39,162 bases of DNA, taken from the NCBI GenBank assembly GCA_041163785.1, contig JBEAQQ010000143.1, forward strand, positions 1 to 39,162. The letters run 5' to 3'. The notes below the pieces were generated by a model. It searched no databases, was not told the DNA's origin, and was given only the letters and a program-made list of their open reading frames with translations. The position numbers and the translations under genes are program-made. Shown here one piece after another: positions 18,488 through 28,802 of the stretch. The stretch's first letter is position 1. Each line of letters opens with the position of its first letter. This stretch comes from Pseudomonadota bacterium. GTDB lineage: Bacteria; Pseudomonadota; Gammaproteobacteria; Pseudomonadales; JAHEIH01.

Positions 18488-20167
18488 ATGCTGTACAAAA
18501 AACAGCGAGACACCCCGATGCGCCATCCCTTTGAACCCAGCACTCCATTTTGGGCCGAAACCCACCATGTGGAAAACCAACCACTGCCATTGAGCGACTA
18601 CCGCATGGCGGCAAACGATCGCGCCTTGCAAGACATGCTAAGCCGCAGTGGTCTGAACAATACAGCTGACATCACAGCCTTCGGTGACTGGTGCGGCAGC
18701 GCTGAGGCACTGGATTTGGGGCATGACGCCAACAAACATAAGCCTGAATTTTTTAGCCATGACCGGCGTGGCGAGCGCATCGACGAAGTCCGCTTCCACC
18801 CCGCCTATCACCAACTTATGGCAAAGGCCTGTCACGAAGGCCTACACAGCCATCACTGGCAGGGTGCACATCACGCCCATCTCGTGCGCGCCAGCAAATA
18901 CTATTTAATGGCTCAGGTGGAGGCGGGGCACGGCTGCCCGATCACCATGACCGCCGCTGCCATTCCTGCGCTGCGCCACGACGACAAGCTCTACCAACAT
19001 TTCGCCGAGAAAATTCTCAACACCCATTACGATGCAGCCAACCGCCCAGATGCTGACAAGCAAAGCTTAACCGTAGGCATGGCTATGACCGAAAAACAGG
19101 GTGGTTCTGACGTGCGCAGCAACAGTACTGTCGCTCACTTCGATGGCAGCGACGAACTGGGTGAACGCTATTTATTGAGCGGTCACAAATATTTCGTGTC
19201 GGCACCGATGTGCGATTTATTTTTGGTTCTCGCCCAAACTAGCGCTGGTCCCACCTGCTTTATTGTGCCCCGCTGGCGGCCCGATGGCAGCAAAAACCCC
19301 CTCCAAGTACAACGCCTGAAAAACAAGATGGGCAATGTTTCCAACGCCTCGAGCGAGACAGAATTGCGCGGCGCGATGGGCTGGCGATTAGGGGAAGAAG
19401 GCCGCGGTGTGGCCACCATTATCGACATGGTCTCCGCGACCCGCTTTGACTGCATGATTGGCTCATCTGCGGGCATGCGCCAAGCCACAGCACAAGCCAT
19501 ACACCACTGCCAACAACGCGAAGCCTTCGGCGCCAAGCTTTCTCAACAACCCTTAATGATGGGCGTACTCGCCGACCTCGCATTGGAAAGCGAGGCCTCA
19601 CTGGCGATGACTATCCACTTAGCCAATGCCGCCGACCAAGGCAACACCGCGCTACTGCGACTGGCCACGGCGGTAGGCAAATACTGGATATGTAAACGCA
19701 CCCCAAACCATGCCTACGAGGCGATGGAGTGTATCGGCGGCAGCGGGGCCATGGAAGATCATGTGATGCCCAGATTGTTTCGTGAATCACCCATTAACGC
19801 TATCTGGGAAGGAAGCGGCAACGTCCAGTGCCTCGACGTGATTCGCGCACTTCATACGCATCCAGAAAGCGGCCACGTGCTCCTCAACGACATTAAGGCA
19901 GCCTCACAGCACCCGGCACTGAGCGTGGCGATCGCGCAATTAGAACAACAGCTTAGCCGAGGCATCCCCCCCGACCATGCCCGTCACTGGGTCGGTCAAA
20001 TGGCGATCTGCAGCCAAGCCGCGGCACTCTATCGCTATTCACCCGCATGGGTTGCTGACGCTTTCTGCGAGGCACGCTTGAGTGAAACGGCACAGGGATG
20101 GGTCTACGGCGCACTGCCCGAGGGAGTTGATCGGGCGGCACTTATCGCAAGGGCCAGCCCAACCTAA
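18488..20167 (+). CDS. AidB-like acyl-CoA dehydrogenase
   Basis: THHVENQP, FHPAYHQLM, GHGCPITMT, MAMTEKQGGSDV, GKYWICKR, INAIWEGSGNVQCLD; AAGGA SD. Confidence 0.88.
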   Translation: MLYKKQRDTPMRHPFEPSTPFWAETHHVENQPLPLSDYRMAANDRALQDMLSRSGLNNTADITAFGDWCGSAEALDLGHDANKHKPEFFSHDRRGERIDEVRFHPAYHQLMAKACHEGLHSHHWQGAHHAHLVRASKYYLMAQVEAGHGCPITMTAAAIPALRHDDKLYQHFAEKILNTHYDAANRPDADKQSLTVGMAMTEKQGGSDVRSNSTVAHFDGSDELGERYLLSGHKYFVSAPMCDLFLVLAQTSAGPTCFIVPRWRPDGSKNPLQVQRLKNKMGNVSNASSETELRGAMGWRLGEEGRGVATIIDMVSATRFDCMIGSSAGMRQATAQAIHHCQQREAFGAKLSQQPLMMGVLADLALESEASLAMTIHLANAADQGNTALLRLATAVGKYWICKRTPNHAYEAMECIGGSGAMEDHVMPRLFRESPINAIWEGSGNVQCLDVIRALHTHPESGHVLLNDIKAASQHPALSVAIAQLEQQLSRGIPPDHARHWVGQMAICSQAAALYRYSPAWVADAFCEARLSETAQGWVYGALPEGVDRAALIARASPT

Positions 20168-20217
20168 GGAGTCTTCGATTACGTCTACAGGTCTCAGACG
20201 AGAACTCGAGGACTTAG
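20164..20217. terminator. Long imperfect hairpin between convergent aidB-like and coq7 genes
   Basis: AGTCTTCGA...CGTCT-(loop)-AGACG...TCGAGGACT nested stems. Confidence 0.4.
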
Positions 20218-20234
20218 TCAAACGTTCGCAAGCA

Positions 20235-20867
20235 TCAAATGTGATAGGTGGTGCGCGTCATCACCTTCGACATTGCGGTCATGGCGCGCTGAACTGAATC
20301 GGGAAATGGCGTTCCGCCGGCGGCCAAGGCCGCATGTCCATGACGCGCCTCGTCGATATGCATTTGCTCCAAAATAGCCCGCGTTTTTACATCGTCCTCT
20401 GGAATTTGCTCCAGATGAGCGCTTAAGTGCGCACAGACCTGCTGCTCGGTAGCGGCGACAAATCCCAGGCTCCAGCGATCGCCCAACTTACCCGCCACGG
20501 CACCCATGGCAAAGGAGGCGGCGTAAAATACAGGGTTTAGAACACTGGTGTGAGCACCGAGGTGTTTTAGTCGTTGCTCGCACCACATCAAATGATCGCG
20601 CTCCTCGGCGGCGGCGTGCTCCATTTCGGCGCGCACTTCGGGCAGTTTGGCGGTTAGGGCCTGCCCTTGATAGAGGGCTTGGGCGCAGACTTCACCGGTG
20701 TGATTAATACGCATTAAACCCGCAATATGCTTGCGCGTAGCATCATCGTGTTCGGTTTCTGGCTGGCTGTCAGCCGGCGACGCTCGCTCACCCTGTGTCG
20801 CACCGGGTACCAAGGTACGCAGCGACTTATCAAACCCAATGATGCACTTATCTACCCATGACAACAT
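20235..20867 (-). CDS. coq7: Demethoxyubiquinone hydroxylase Coq7
   Basis: [41 protein letters not shown] di-iron motifs. Confidence 0.94.
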   Translation of the reverse strand: MLSWVDKCIIGFDKSLRTLVPGATQGERASPADSQPETEHDDATRKHIAGLMRINHTGEVCAQALYQGQALTAKLPEVRAEMEHAAAEERDHLMWCEQRLKHLGAHTSVLNPVFYAASFAMGAVAGKLGDRWSLGFVAATEQQVCAHLSAHLEQIPEDDVKTRAILEQMHIDEARHGHAALAAGGTPFPDSVQRAMTAMSKVMTRTTYHI

Positions 20868-20882
20868 GTCGTATCTCCCTAG

Positions 20883-21374
20883 CTACCAATGGAAGTCTAC
20901 CTTGGCGATGGCTTGTTCACCACCGAAGTCTGCCCACAATTTGGCATAACTCAAACCTCTGACGGGATGGCGCTCTTCGCCCGCAATCTCTGCCAAGGGG
21001 CATAGTACATAGGCATTATCGATAATTTCTGCACGGGGTAGCGAGATACCAGCCTCCTCGCCCACAACATCGCCGAATATCAATATATCGATGTCGAGCA
21101 TACGGCCAGAACACTTAGGTGAGTGACGGCGACGGCCGTGCGCCTCTTCAATCGCCCGCGTCATGACAAAAAGCTCTCTCAGGCCGATACCACTATTGAA
21201 ACCCACCACCAGATTGAGGAAGGGATCACCGTCAAATCCAATCGCCTCGGTTTCGTAGACACTCGACACTAACATGTCAGGGAAGGCCATGCGCAGATCG
21301 TCGACACCCGCACGAATATTGCTGTAGCGATTTTCACTACTGCCCAGACCTAGGTAGATGCGACGCTCAGTCAC
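20883..21374 (-). CDS. folK: HPPK, second copy (folB-linked)
   Basis: YLGLGSS, SSVYETE, FLNLVV, RMLDIDILIFGD, LPRAEI..NAYVLCPLAEI. Confidence 0.9.
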   Translation of the reverse strand: MTERRIYLGLGSSENRYSNIRAGVDDLRMAFPDMLVSSVYETEAIGFDGDPFLNLVVGFNSGIGLRELFVMTRAIEEAHGRRRHSPKCSGRMLDIDILIFGDVVGEEAGISLPRAEIIDNAYVLCPLAEIAGEERHPVRGLSYAKLWADFGGEQAIAKVDFHW

Positions 21375-21723
21375 GCGCGCCTCGCTCGATGATCACACCA
21401 ACATCAGCTGCCTCAGACACCGCACCGGGCTTTCCTACCTGCAAGCGAATCCAACGCACGCCAAATTCACGCATAATCAGTGCGGCGCACTCCTCCGCCA
21501 CACGCTCTATCAGCAGCATTTCTGACTGCCCAACAAACTCGATCAAGCGGCGCGAAATGGTGAAATAATCCAACGTTTGCGCAATGTCATCACTGTGGCC
21601 CGCGGGACGGTTGTCATGCCCCATCTCGACATTTAACACCAGGGTCTGCTTGATCTCACGTTCCCAGTCGTAGATACCAATCACGGTATCGATTCGCAGG
21701 TCTTTTATGTAGACAATATCCAC
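21367..21723 (-). CDS. folB: Dihydroneopterin aldolase
   Basis: IGIYDWEREIKQ, TLDY, LIERVAEE, KPGAV, VGVIIER; GTG start overlaps the tsaD stop. Confidence 0.95.
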   Translation of the reverse strand: MDIVYIKDLRIDTVIGIYDWEREIKQTLVLNVEMGHDNRPAGHSDDIAQTLDYFTISRRLIEFVGQSEMLLIERVAEECAALIMREFGVRWIRLQVGKPGAVSEAADVGVIIERGARD

Positions 21724-22763
21724 TAGGCAAGCTCTCCAATCGGTGGCAACGAAGCCATCGGCCAACGCGCTTTTGCGACTATTGATAAATCGTCACGCTG
21801 GTTGGCTGCCAAACGCTGTGCCCCCGCATAGGCGATCATGGCGCCGTTATCGGTACAAAAGGCCGGACGCGCATAAAACAATTTGGCATTGAGCTTAGCC
21901 ACCATGGATTCCAACGCATCACGCAATGCGCGATTGGCACTCACCCCTCCGGCAATAATCAATTGTTTGCGCCCCGTTTCTTTAAGCGCACGGCGACACT
22001 TGATCATCAAGGTTTCCACCACAGCGGCCTGAAAGCTCGCCGCGATGTCGGCGGCGTCGCTATCGCTAACGTCGCCCTGAGCATCTTTACAGGCATTTAC
22101 GGCATTGAGTACCGCTGTCTTCAAACCACTAAAACTGAAATCTAAACCACCCTGGCGCACCATGGGACGCGGAAAGGCAAATCGTTCTGCGTTACCTGCT
22201 TCTGCCAACTTGGCGACATGGGGGCCACCAGGGTAGGGTAAGCCAAGCATTTTAGCCGCCTTATCAAAGGCCTCACCCGCCGCATCGTCAACCGACTCAC
22301 CGAGCAAGGTGTAACGGCCGATACCCTCAACATCAACCAATTGCGTATGGCCACCCGACACAAGCAAGGCCACAAAAGGAAACTGAGGCGGCTCATCTTC
22401 TAACATAGGGGCAAGCAAGTGGCCTTCCATGTGATGCACACCGAGCGCGGGAATACCCAGCGCATAGCCCATGGCCTTACCCACTGCGGCACCCACCATG
22501 AGCGCCCCCACCAGACCGGGACCGGACGTGTAGGCAATGCCATCGAGCTGAGATTTTTCGATGCCGGCGCGCTGCAAAACGTCATCGATCAACGGCAGGG
22601 TTTTTCTAATATGGTCACGCGAGGCAAGTTCGGGCACAACACCGCCGTATTCGCGGTGTACCGCTATTTGACTGTGCAGTGCCTCAGCCAACAATCCACG
22701 TTCAGTATCGTAGAGCGCAATCCCCGTTTCATCGCAGGACGTCTCAATCCCCAAAACCAACAT
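21723..22763 (-). CDS. tsaD: tRNA t6A threonylcarbamoyltransferase TsaD
   Basis: [55 protein letters not shown]. Confidence 0.98.
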   Translation of the reverse strand: MLVLGIETSCDETGIALYDTERGLLAEALHSQIAVHREYGGVVPELASRDHIRKTLPLIDDVLQRAGIEKSQLDGIAYTSGPGLVGALMVGAAVGKAMGYALGIPALGVHHMEGHLLAPMLEDEPPQFPFVALLVSGGHTQLVDVEGIGRYTLLGESVDDAAGEAFDKAAKMLGLPYPGGPHVAKLAEAGNAERFAFPRPMVRQGGLDFSFSGLKTAVLNAVNACKDAQGDVSDSDAADIAASFQAAVVETLMIKCRRALKETGRKQLIIAGGVSANRALRDALESMVAKLNAKLFYARPAFCTDNGAMIAYAGAQRLAANQRDDLSIVAKARWPMASLPPIGELA

Positions 22764-22841
22764 TCTACTACCTCATTTAACTGTGGGTGAGCATGATAAT
22801 GCTATCCTGTGACCAAGGCTAGAAAAGCGCAATAAATAGCA

Positions 22842-22870
22842 TTGCAAATTCTAACAAGCCGGTATAGAAT
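22842..22870 (+). promoter_or_regulatory. Sigma70 promoter of the rpsU-yqeY-dnaG-rpoD operon
   Basis: TTGCAA-17 bp-TAGAAT with GC-rich discriminator TCGCGCC (stringent type). Confidence 0.7.
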
Positions 22871-22950
22871 TCGCGCCCCTATGTGCAGTGTCGTACATTT
22901 TTTCGATGCTGCTGATAATTTTGACTAGAAATAATGGACAGGTGATTTTA

Positions 22951-23166
22951 ATGCCTTACGTTAAGGTAAAAGAAAACGAGCCCTTTGATATCGCACTGCG
23001 TCGCTTCAAGCGTTCTTGCGAAAAAGCGGGTATTTTGGCTGAAGTTCGCAAGCGTGAATTCTACGAAAAGCCTACTACTACTCGTAAACGCGCTGCTGCT
23101 GCCGCTGTAAAGCGTCACGCTAAAAAGGTATCTCGCGAGAGCCGCAAGTTCCAGCGTCTTTACTAG
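22951..23166 (+). CDS. rpsU: 30S ribosomal protein S21
   Basis: [42 protein letters not shown]; 71 aa. Confidence 0.98.
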   Translation: MPYVKVKENEPFDIALRRFKRSCEKAGILAEVRKREFYEKPTTTRKRAAAAAVKRHAKKVSRESRKFQRLY

Positions 23167-23250
23167 TCTTTGGCTTTGCCAGGCCACTGCTCCCTGTGGT
23201 GGCCACTAGTACACTCTCGAACAACACGTCTTATTTAGAGGAAAAACATC

Positions 23251-23700
23251 ATGGCATCTGAGATTTTAGACAACATCAAAGCAGCCATGAAGGATGCTAT
23301 GCGCGCGAAAGAAAAAGAGCGCCTAGCCACCATTCGCCTCATTCAAGCTGAATTCAAACGCATTGAAGTCGACGAGCGCATCGAACTCGATGACGACCGC
23401 GTGATCGCCATTCTCGATAAAATGGTGAAGCAGCGCCGCGACTCCATCAGCCAATATGAAAGCGCCGGTCGCGACGAACTCGCCGCTATCGAAGTCGCCG
23501 AAATTGAAGTCATTCAGACCTTCCTACCCACGCCTCTGACAGCTGACGAAATCAATGCTATGATCGACGCAGCAATCGCTGAGACAGGCGCAGAAAGCAT
23601 GCGCGATATGGGTAAGGTCGTCGGCATGCTGAAAGGCCCCATGCAGGGTCGCGCCGACATGGCGATCGTCAGCAAGCAGGTTAAAGACCGTCTCAGCTAA
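23251..23700 (+). CDS. yqeY: GatB/YqeY domain protein
   Basis: MKDAMRAKEK..RL, KMVKQRRDSI, FLP..L, DMGKV; usual position after rpsU. Confidence 0.93.
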   Translation: MASEILDNIKAAMKDAMRAKEKERLATIRLIQAEFKRIEVDERIELDDDRVIAILDKMVKQRRDSISQYESAGRDELAAIEVAEIEVIQTFLPTPLTADEINAMIDAAIAETGAESMRDMGKVVGMLKGPMQGRADMAIVSKQVKDRLS

Positions 23701-23723
23701 ATCCACCTTAGCGGAGGTCGCCT

Positions 23724-25592
23724 TTGGCCGGGCAAATCCCCAGAAATTTTATTGATGACTTAGTCGAACGCGCTGATATCGTCGACATTATCGACTCGCG
23801 CGTAAAACTCAAGAAGGCGGGTCGCAATTACCAAGCGCTGTGCCCCTTCCACGAAGAGAAGTCACCCTCTTTTTCAGTCAATCCCGACAAGCAATTTTAC
23901 TACTGCTTCGGCTGTGGCGCCGGCGGCAACGTACTCAGCTTTGTCATGGATTACGAGCGCCTAGATTTCCCCCAAGCCATTGAAAACCTCGCCCACTACT
24001 ACGGCCTAGAAGTCCCGCGCGAGCAACTCAATCCGCAGCAGGAAAAATCCCAGAAACGCAAGCGTGACCTCTACGACATCATGGAGGGCGCCGCACGTTT
24101 TTATCGCGAACAGCTGACCCTGATGCAACATTCGCAAGTCGCCAATGCCTATGTCCGACAGCGCGGTATCAGCCCCGAAATCGCTCAGGAATACGGCATT
24201 GGTTTCGCCCCCGACGCATGGGATAAGGTCCTCAACCACCTCTTCAAAGATCAAAGTGACAAGGCCATGATGATGGATTCCGGCCTGATCGTAGAAAACG
24301 ACAAGGGCCGCATCTACGACCGCTTTAGAAATCGCTTGATGTTCCCCATCCGCGGCAATCGCGGGCGCTGCATCGGTTTTGGCGGCAGAGTGTTTGGCGA
24401 TGAAAAACCCAAATATCTGAACTCGCCAGAAACGCCCATTTTCCATAAGGGAAAAGAACTCTACGGCCTATACGAAGCACGCCAAGCGATGCGCGACTTG
24501 CCAAGATTGCTTATCGTGGAAGGCTACATGGACGTGGTATCGCTCGCCCAACACGGCATTCGCTACGCGGTTGCCACGCTCGGCACAGCCAGCAGCGCCG
24601 AGCACCTTGAACTGGCTTTTCGCCACACCGCCGAAGTGGTGTTTTGTTTCGACGGCGACGAAGCTGGACGCAAAGCGGCGCGGCGCGCCTTCGATAACGC
24701 CCTTCCCACCCTGAAGGATGGTCGACAAATCCGCTTTTTGTTCCTGCCTGATGGCGAGGATCCAGACACCCTCGTGCGCCAGCGTGGCGCGGAATATTTT
24801 GCTGAACTGGTGCACAAGGCGCTGCCACTTGAGGATTATCTATTTACCCTCGCCGCCGAAGGCATAGATATTCAAACCATGGATGGACGAGCACGCTTCA
24901 GCCAGGTCGCCACCGCCCTCATAGGTCACGTTAGTGAAGGTATTTTTAAATCGCTACTGGTCAGTGAACTCGCCCGCCGCACTGGCGTCAGCGAAGATCG
25001 CCTGCAAGCCCTCACCGATGTCGCCACTAGCCAGCACGATGCAGCGCAGTGGCAACGCGAGCAGGGCCAACAGCAGACCAACAAACGCCCACCGCAAAAA
25101 ACCGGCAGTGAAAAACCCATTTCGCCTGCCGTCGCATCGGGCAATTTTAAGCTGCGCATCAACCAGTCACCGGCTCAAAAAGCCATCTGCTTGCTTATCC
25201 ATCACCCGCACATCGCACACAAAGCCATGAAGATTGAGGCCCTCGCGCACAGCGCCGATGAAGACATCGCCCTGCTCGCCTCACTAATCGAGCTGATCAA
25301 ACATCAACAGCAGATGGACACCGCGTCGCTGTTTGGCCATGTCGCCGGTGGCGAAAATGGCGCGATGAACAGCGCCCGACTCGCCGCCTATGCCGCCCTA
25401 GATCCACTGATTCCAGACGAAGGTTTTGAGCAGGAATTTTTGGATATTTTGTCGCATCTCAACCACCAATTGACGAACCACCAACGCCATGCTCAGCGGC
25501 AGGATTTGCTCAATATTCCCTACAGCGAATTAAGCCCCGAGCAAAAACGTGAATTACTGCTATCTTTACAAGCTAAACAACGTAAAAAGTGA
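23724..25592 (+). CDS. dnaG: DNA primase
   Basis: CHC2 zinc finger (CPFH..CFGC), DRFRNR, KYLNSPET, VEGYMD, FDGD TOPRIM; TTG start with GGAGG SD. Confidence 0.98.
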   Translation: MAGQIPRNFIDDLVERADIVDIIDSRVKLKKAGRNYQALCPFHEEKSPSFSVNPDKQFYYCFGCGAGGNVLSFVMDYERLDFPQAIENLAHYYGLEVPREQLNPQQEKSQKRKRDLYDIMEGAARFYREQLTLMQHSQVANAYVRQRGISPEIAQEYGIGFAPDAWDKVLNHLFKDQSDKAMMMDSGLIVENDKGRIYDRFRNRLMFPIRGNRGRCIGFGGRVFGDEKPKYLNSPETPIFHKGKELYGLYEARQAMRDLPRLLIVEGYMDVVSLAQHGIRYAVATLGTASSAEHLELAFRHTAEVVFCFDGDEAGRKAARRAFDNALPTLKDGRQIRFLFLPDGEDPDTLVRQRGAEYFAELVHKALPLEDYLFTLAAEGIDIQTMDGRARFSQVATALIGHVSEGIFKSLLVSELARRTGVSEDRLQALTDVATSQHDAAQWQREQGQQQTNKRPPQKTGSEKPISPAVASGNFKLRINQSPAQKAICLLIHHPHIAHKAMKIEALAHSADEDIALLASLIELIKHQQQMDTASLFGHVAGGENGAMNSARLAAYAALDPLIPDEGFEQEFLDILSHLNHQLTNHQRHAQRQDLLNIPYSELSPEQKRELLLSLQAKQRKK

Positions 25593-25680
25593 TAGTGAAC
25601 AATAGCTAAGCGATCAAAAGATAGGCTATAATGCACGGCTATTTTTTCATCGGATCAACCCAGAAGGTAACGTAGACACT

Positions 25681-27543
25681 ATGTCTGACTCTTTCTCACA
25701 GCAATCGCGACTCAAAGACCTCATTGCCAAAGGCAAGGAGCAAGGCTACCTGACCTACGCCGAGGTAAATGATCACCTGCCGCAGGACATTTCGGAACCC
25801 GACCAGGTTGAAGACATCATCCAGATGATCAACGACATGGGCATTCAAGTCTTTGAAAGTGCCCCCGACGCCGACGAACTCCTCATGGAAGGTGGCGGCG
25901 ATTCATCCGACGATATCGCCGCAGCAGAAGCGGCTGCCGCACTGGCCGCCGTGGAACAAGAAGCCGGGCGCACCACCGACCCCGTTCGCATGTACATGCG
26001 CGAAATGGGCACCGTTGAACTACTGACTCGCGAAGGCGAAATTGCCATCGCCAAACGTATCGAAGAGGGTATCCGCGAGCTCATGGCCGCCCTCGCCTGC
26101 TTCCCAGGCTCGGTAGATCACGTCCTTGAAGAGTACGCGAAAGTTGCCGACGAAGAGCGTCGTCTCGACGAAATCATCTCTGGCTTCCTCGACCCCTTTG
26201 ACACCACTGCTCCAGAAAAAGAAGAACTGGAAGTCGCTGTCAAAGCCAAAGAAAAAGCGGCGCCTGATGACGACGAAGACGAAGACGATGTCGACAATGC
26301 CGACGACGATGCCGATGAAACCCCCGATAACGGCCCCGACCCAGAGGAAGCCGCGCGTCGCTTTGAGGCGCTCACCAAACTGAGCAAGAAAGCAGACGAA
26401 GCCATCGCTAAGCACGGCCGCAGCAGCAAGCAAGCGACCAAAGCTCTGGAAGAACTCGGCGAAACGTTTAAGTTCCTGAAACTGACTCCACGCATGTTTG
26501 ACCCGCTGACCAGTAATGTCCGCGACACATTAGCACGCGTTCGCGAGCAAGAGAGCATCGTTTCTGACTTGGTCATCAAAGTTAGCGGCATGCCACGCAA
26601 AGACTTCATCAAGAGCTTTGTAGGTAGCGAAACCAATCTCGAGTGGGTCGACGCGCAAATCGCCGCCGGCAAACCCTACTCTGAAAAACTTGAGCAAAAC
26701 CGTAACGAGATTCTACGCGCCCAGCGTAAACTGGCCGCGATCGAAGAAATCAGCGATCTCAGTATCGCCGATATCAAAGAAATCAACCGCCGCATGTCGA
26801 TGGGTGAAGTACACACCCGCCGAGCCAAAAAAGACATGGTTGAAGCCAACTTGCGTCTGGTGATTTCGATTGCCAAAAAATACACCAACCGCGGCCTACA
26901 GTTCTTGGATCTCATCCAAGAGGGCAACATTGGTCTAATGAAGGCGGTCGATAAATTTGAATACCGCCGCGGCTATAAGTTCTCTACCTATGCAACCTGG
27001 TGGATTCGACAAGCCATTACCCGTTCGATTGCCGATCAGGCTCGCACCATCCGTATTCCGGTTCACATGATTGAAACCATTAACAAGTTGAACCGTATTT
27101 CACGCCAAATGCTTCAAGAAATGGGTCGCGAGCCCACGCCTGAAGAGCTGGGTGAGCGCATGGACATGCCAGAAGATAAGATCCGCAAAGTGCTTAAAAT
27201 CGCCAAAGAACCTATTTCTATGGAAACCCCGATTGGCGATGATGAAGATTCGCATCTGGGTGACTTCATTGAAGACGTGTCCATCGAGTCGCCGGTGGAA
27301 TCAGCCACAAGTGAAGGCTTACAAGAAGCAACCAGCAGTGTATTGTCGGGCTTGACCGCTCGCGAAGCCAAGGTATTGCGCATGCGCTTCGGTATCGGCA
27401 TGAATACCGACCACACCCTCGAGGAAGTGGGCAAGCAATTCGATGTTACCCGTGAGCGTATTCGTCAGATCGAAGCCAAGGCTCTGCGCAAATTGCGTCA
27501 CCCTTCGCGCTCTGAACACCTACGCAGTTTCTTGGACGATTAA
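25681..27543 (+). CDS. rpoD: RNA polymerase sigma factor RpoD
   Basis: Region 1.1, [10 protein letters not shown], acidic [44 protein letters not shown]. Confidence 0.99.
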   Translation: MSDSFSQQSRLKDLIAKGKEQGYLTYAEVNDHLPQDISEPDQVEDIIQMINDMGIQVFESAPDADELLMEGGGDSSDDIAAAEAAAALAAVEQEAGRTTDPVRMYMREMGTVELLTREGEIAIAKRIEEGIRELMAALACFPGSVDHVLEEYAKVADEERRLDEIISGFLDPFDTTAPEKEELEVAVKAKEKAAPDDDEDEDDVDNADDDADETPDNGPDPEEAARRFEALTKLSKKADEAIAKHGRSSKQATKALEELGETFKFLKLTPRMFDPLTSNVRDTLARVREQESIVSDLVIKVSGMPRKDFIKSFVGSETNLEWVDAQIAAGKPYSEKLEQNRNEILRAQRKLAAIEEISDLSIADIKEINRRMSMGEVHTRRAKKDMVEANLRLVISIAKKYTNRGLQFLDLIQEGNIGLMKAVDKFEYRRGYKFSTYATWWIRQAITRSIADQARTIRIPVHMIETINKLNRISRQMLQEMGREPTPEELGERMDMPEDKIRKVLKIAKEPISMETPIGDDEDSHLGDFIEDVSIESPVESATSEGLQEATSSVLSGLTAREAKVLRMRFGIGMNTDHTLEEVGKQFDVTRERIRQIEAKALRKLRHPSRSEHLRSFLDD

Positions 27544-27587
27544 ACACACCCCCATGGCACCCAAGCCGCAGGCGATATGGAGATAAT

Positions 27588-28064
27588 ATGTTTCGCAAAA
27601 CACTAACTCTAATTGGCCTCACCCTCGCCAGCAGTGCCATGGCGGCCTCGCTCAACGACGATCTTAACCACTGCCGCGGCATCGCGGCGGCGGATCAACG
27701 CCTGGCCTGTTACGACGCCATTGGCGGTCAGCAAGACGCCCCACACCAAGCCAGCGCTAAAGAAACAACGACAAACAGCAGCGTCTTTAGCAATCCTTTT
27801 AAAGAGATTTTTGGCTTTGAAGAAAAAGAGATTGCCAAACAAATCCCCGACCGACTAGACGTAGAGGTCAGCGATTTTTCTCAAGGTAACGGCAAGAGCC
27901 AAATCACCCTAAGCAATGGTCAAGTGTGGCGACAGCTAGACAACAAGCCCTTTGTATACAGTGCAGATAATGGCCAAGCCTACATCCAGCGCGGTGCACT
28001 GGGCAGTTTCTTTTTCTCTCAGGAAGGGACAAAAAAACGTATACGCGTGAAGCGGGTTAAATAG
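27588..28064 (+). CDS. Secreted hypothetical protein with a C-x10-C (RLACYD) motif
   Basis: GGAG SD; signal peptide ending AMA-A; CRGIAAADQRLACYD; C-terminal LSNGQVWRQ...RGALGSF. Confidence 0.75.
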   Translation: MFRKTLTLIGLTLASSAMAASLNDDLNHCRGIAAADQRLACYDAIGGQQDAPHQASAKETTTNSSVFSNPFKEIFGFEEKEIAKQIPDRLDVEVSDFSQGNGKSQITLSNGQVWRQLDNKPFVYSADNGQAYIQRGALGSFFFSQEGTKKRIRVKRVK

Positions 28065-28092
28065 CGGCCCCAGAACGAGGCCGCCGGCACGA

Positions 28093-28665
28093 CTAGGCCA
28101 TTACCTCTTTATAAAGCGTTTTCCGCGGCGCAGAAAATACCTTTTCAATCATCGGCAGAAAGAATTCAATCGGGTAAGTCTCACCCTCTGGGTCAAACGC
28201 TGGCGAATCATACTTCTCAACGAACTCACGCGTTTGCGCATAATAGGGGCTTGACTCGTACTGCTTGTACATATCGCGATCCATACCGATGTAATGGAAG
28301 AAGTAATACCCCTGGAAAATAGCATGGTGCTTAACCATCCAAAAATTGGCCTCACTCACAAAGGGCTCCAAGATGGTTGCCGCCATGTCGGCATGGTTGT
28401 AGGTACCTAGCGTATCACCGATATCGTGCAATAAGGCACACACCACGTATTCGTCATCCTTACCATCTTTGTGAGCAAGCGTGGCCGTTTGTAAGCAGTG
28501 AGTGTAGCGGTCGACTGGAAAACCGCCACAATCATCCTTCAAGATATTGAGGTGGTCGACGATGCGCTTTGAAAGATCTTTGGCGAAATTAATGTATTCT
28601 TCTGCAATGATGGACCAATCTTCCTGAGTACCGTCCTTCATATGTGTAAATTGAGCTTGTTGCAT
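28093..28665 (-). CDS. HD-domain metalloprotein (PhnZ/TmpB-like spacing)
   Basis: THCLQTA, ALLHDIGD, NH, KHH, YDSPAFDP. Confidence 0.8.
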   Translation of the reverse strand: MQQAQFTHMKDGTQEDWSIIAEEYINFAKDLSKRIVDHLNILKDDCGGFPVDRYTHCLQTATLAHKDGKDDEYVVCALLHDIGDTLGTYNHADMAATILEPFVSEANFWMVKHHAIFQGYYFFHYIGMDRDMYKQYESSPYYAQTREFVEKYDSPAFDPEGETYPIEFFLPMIEKVFSAPRKTLYKEVMA

Positions 28666-28802
28666 GGCTTCCCCCGTTGTTTTAATTGTTAAGCGATATT
28701 AATTCATCCACTCAACCTCATCCATGTCAAATTATGCCTTAACAATAGGGGTGCGACTGCGCACTATCTGCGGTAAAGTAGCCACCTTCGAAGGGAAGGA
28801 TT

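Noticed and set aside
26268-26320. GAC/GAT-rich run in rpoD
   Set aside because: Ordinary acidic non-conserved region of sigma70.
26020-27434. Long antisense ORFs inside rpoD (also inside fusA, putA, dnaG and the AGCS gene)
   Set aside because: Shadow frames of codon-biased genes, with no SD or recognisable motifs.
27544-27590. tRNA expected downstream of rpoD
   Set aside because: No cloverleaf or TTC loop, and the gap is too short.
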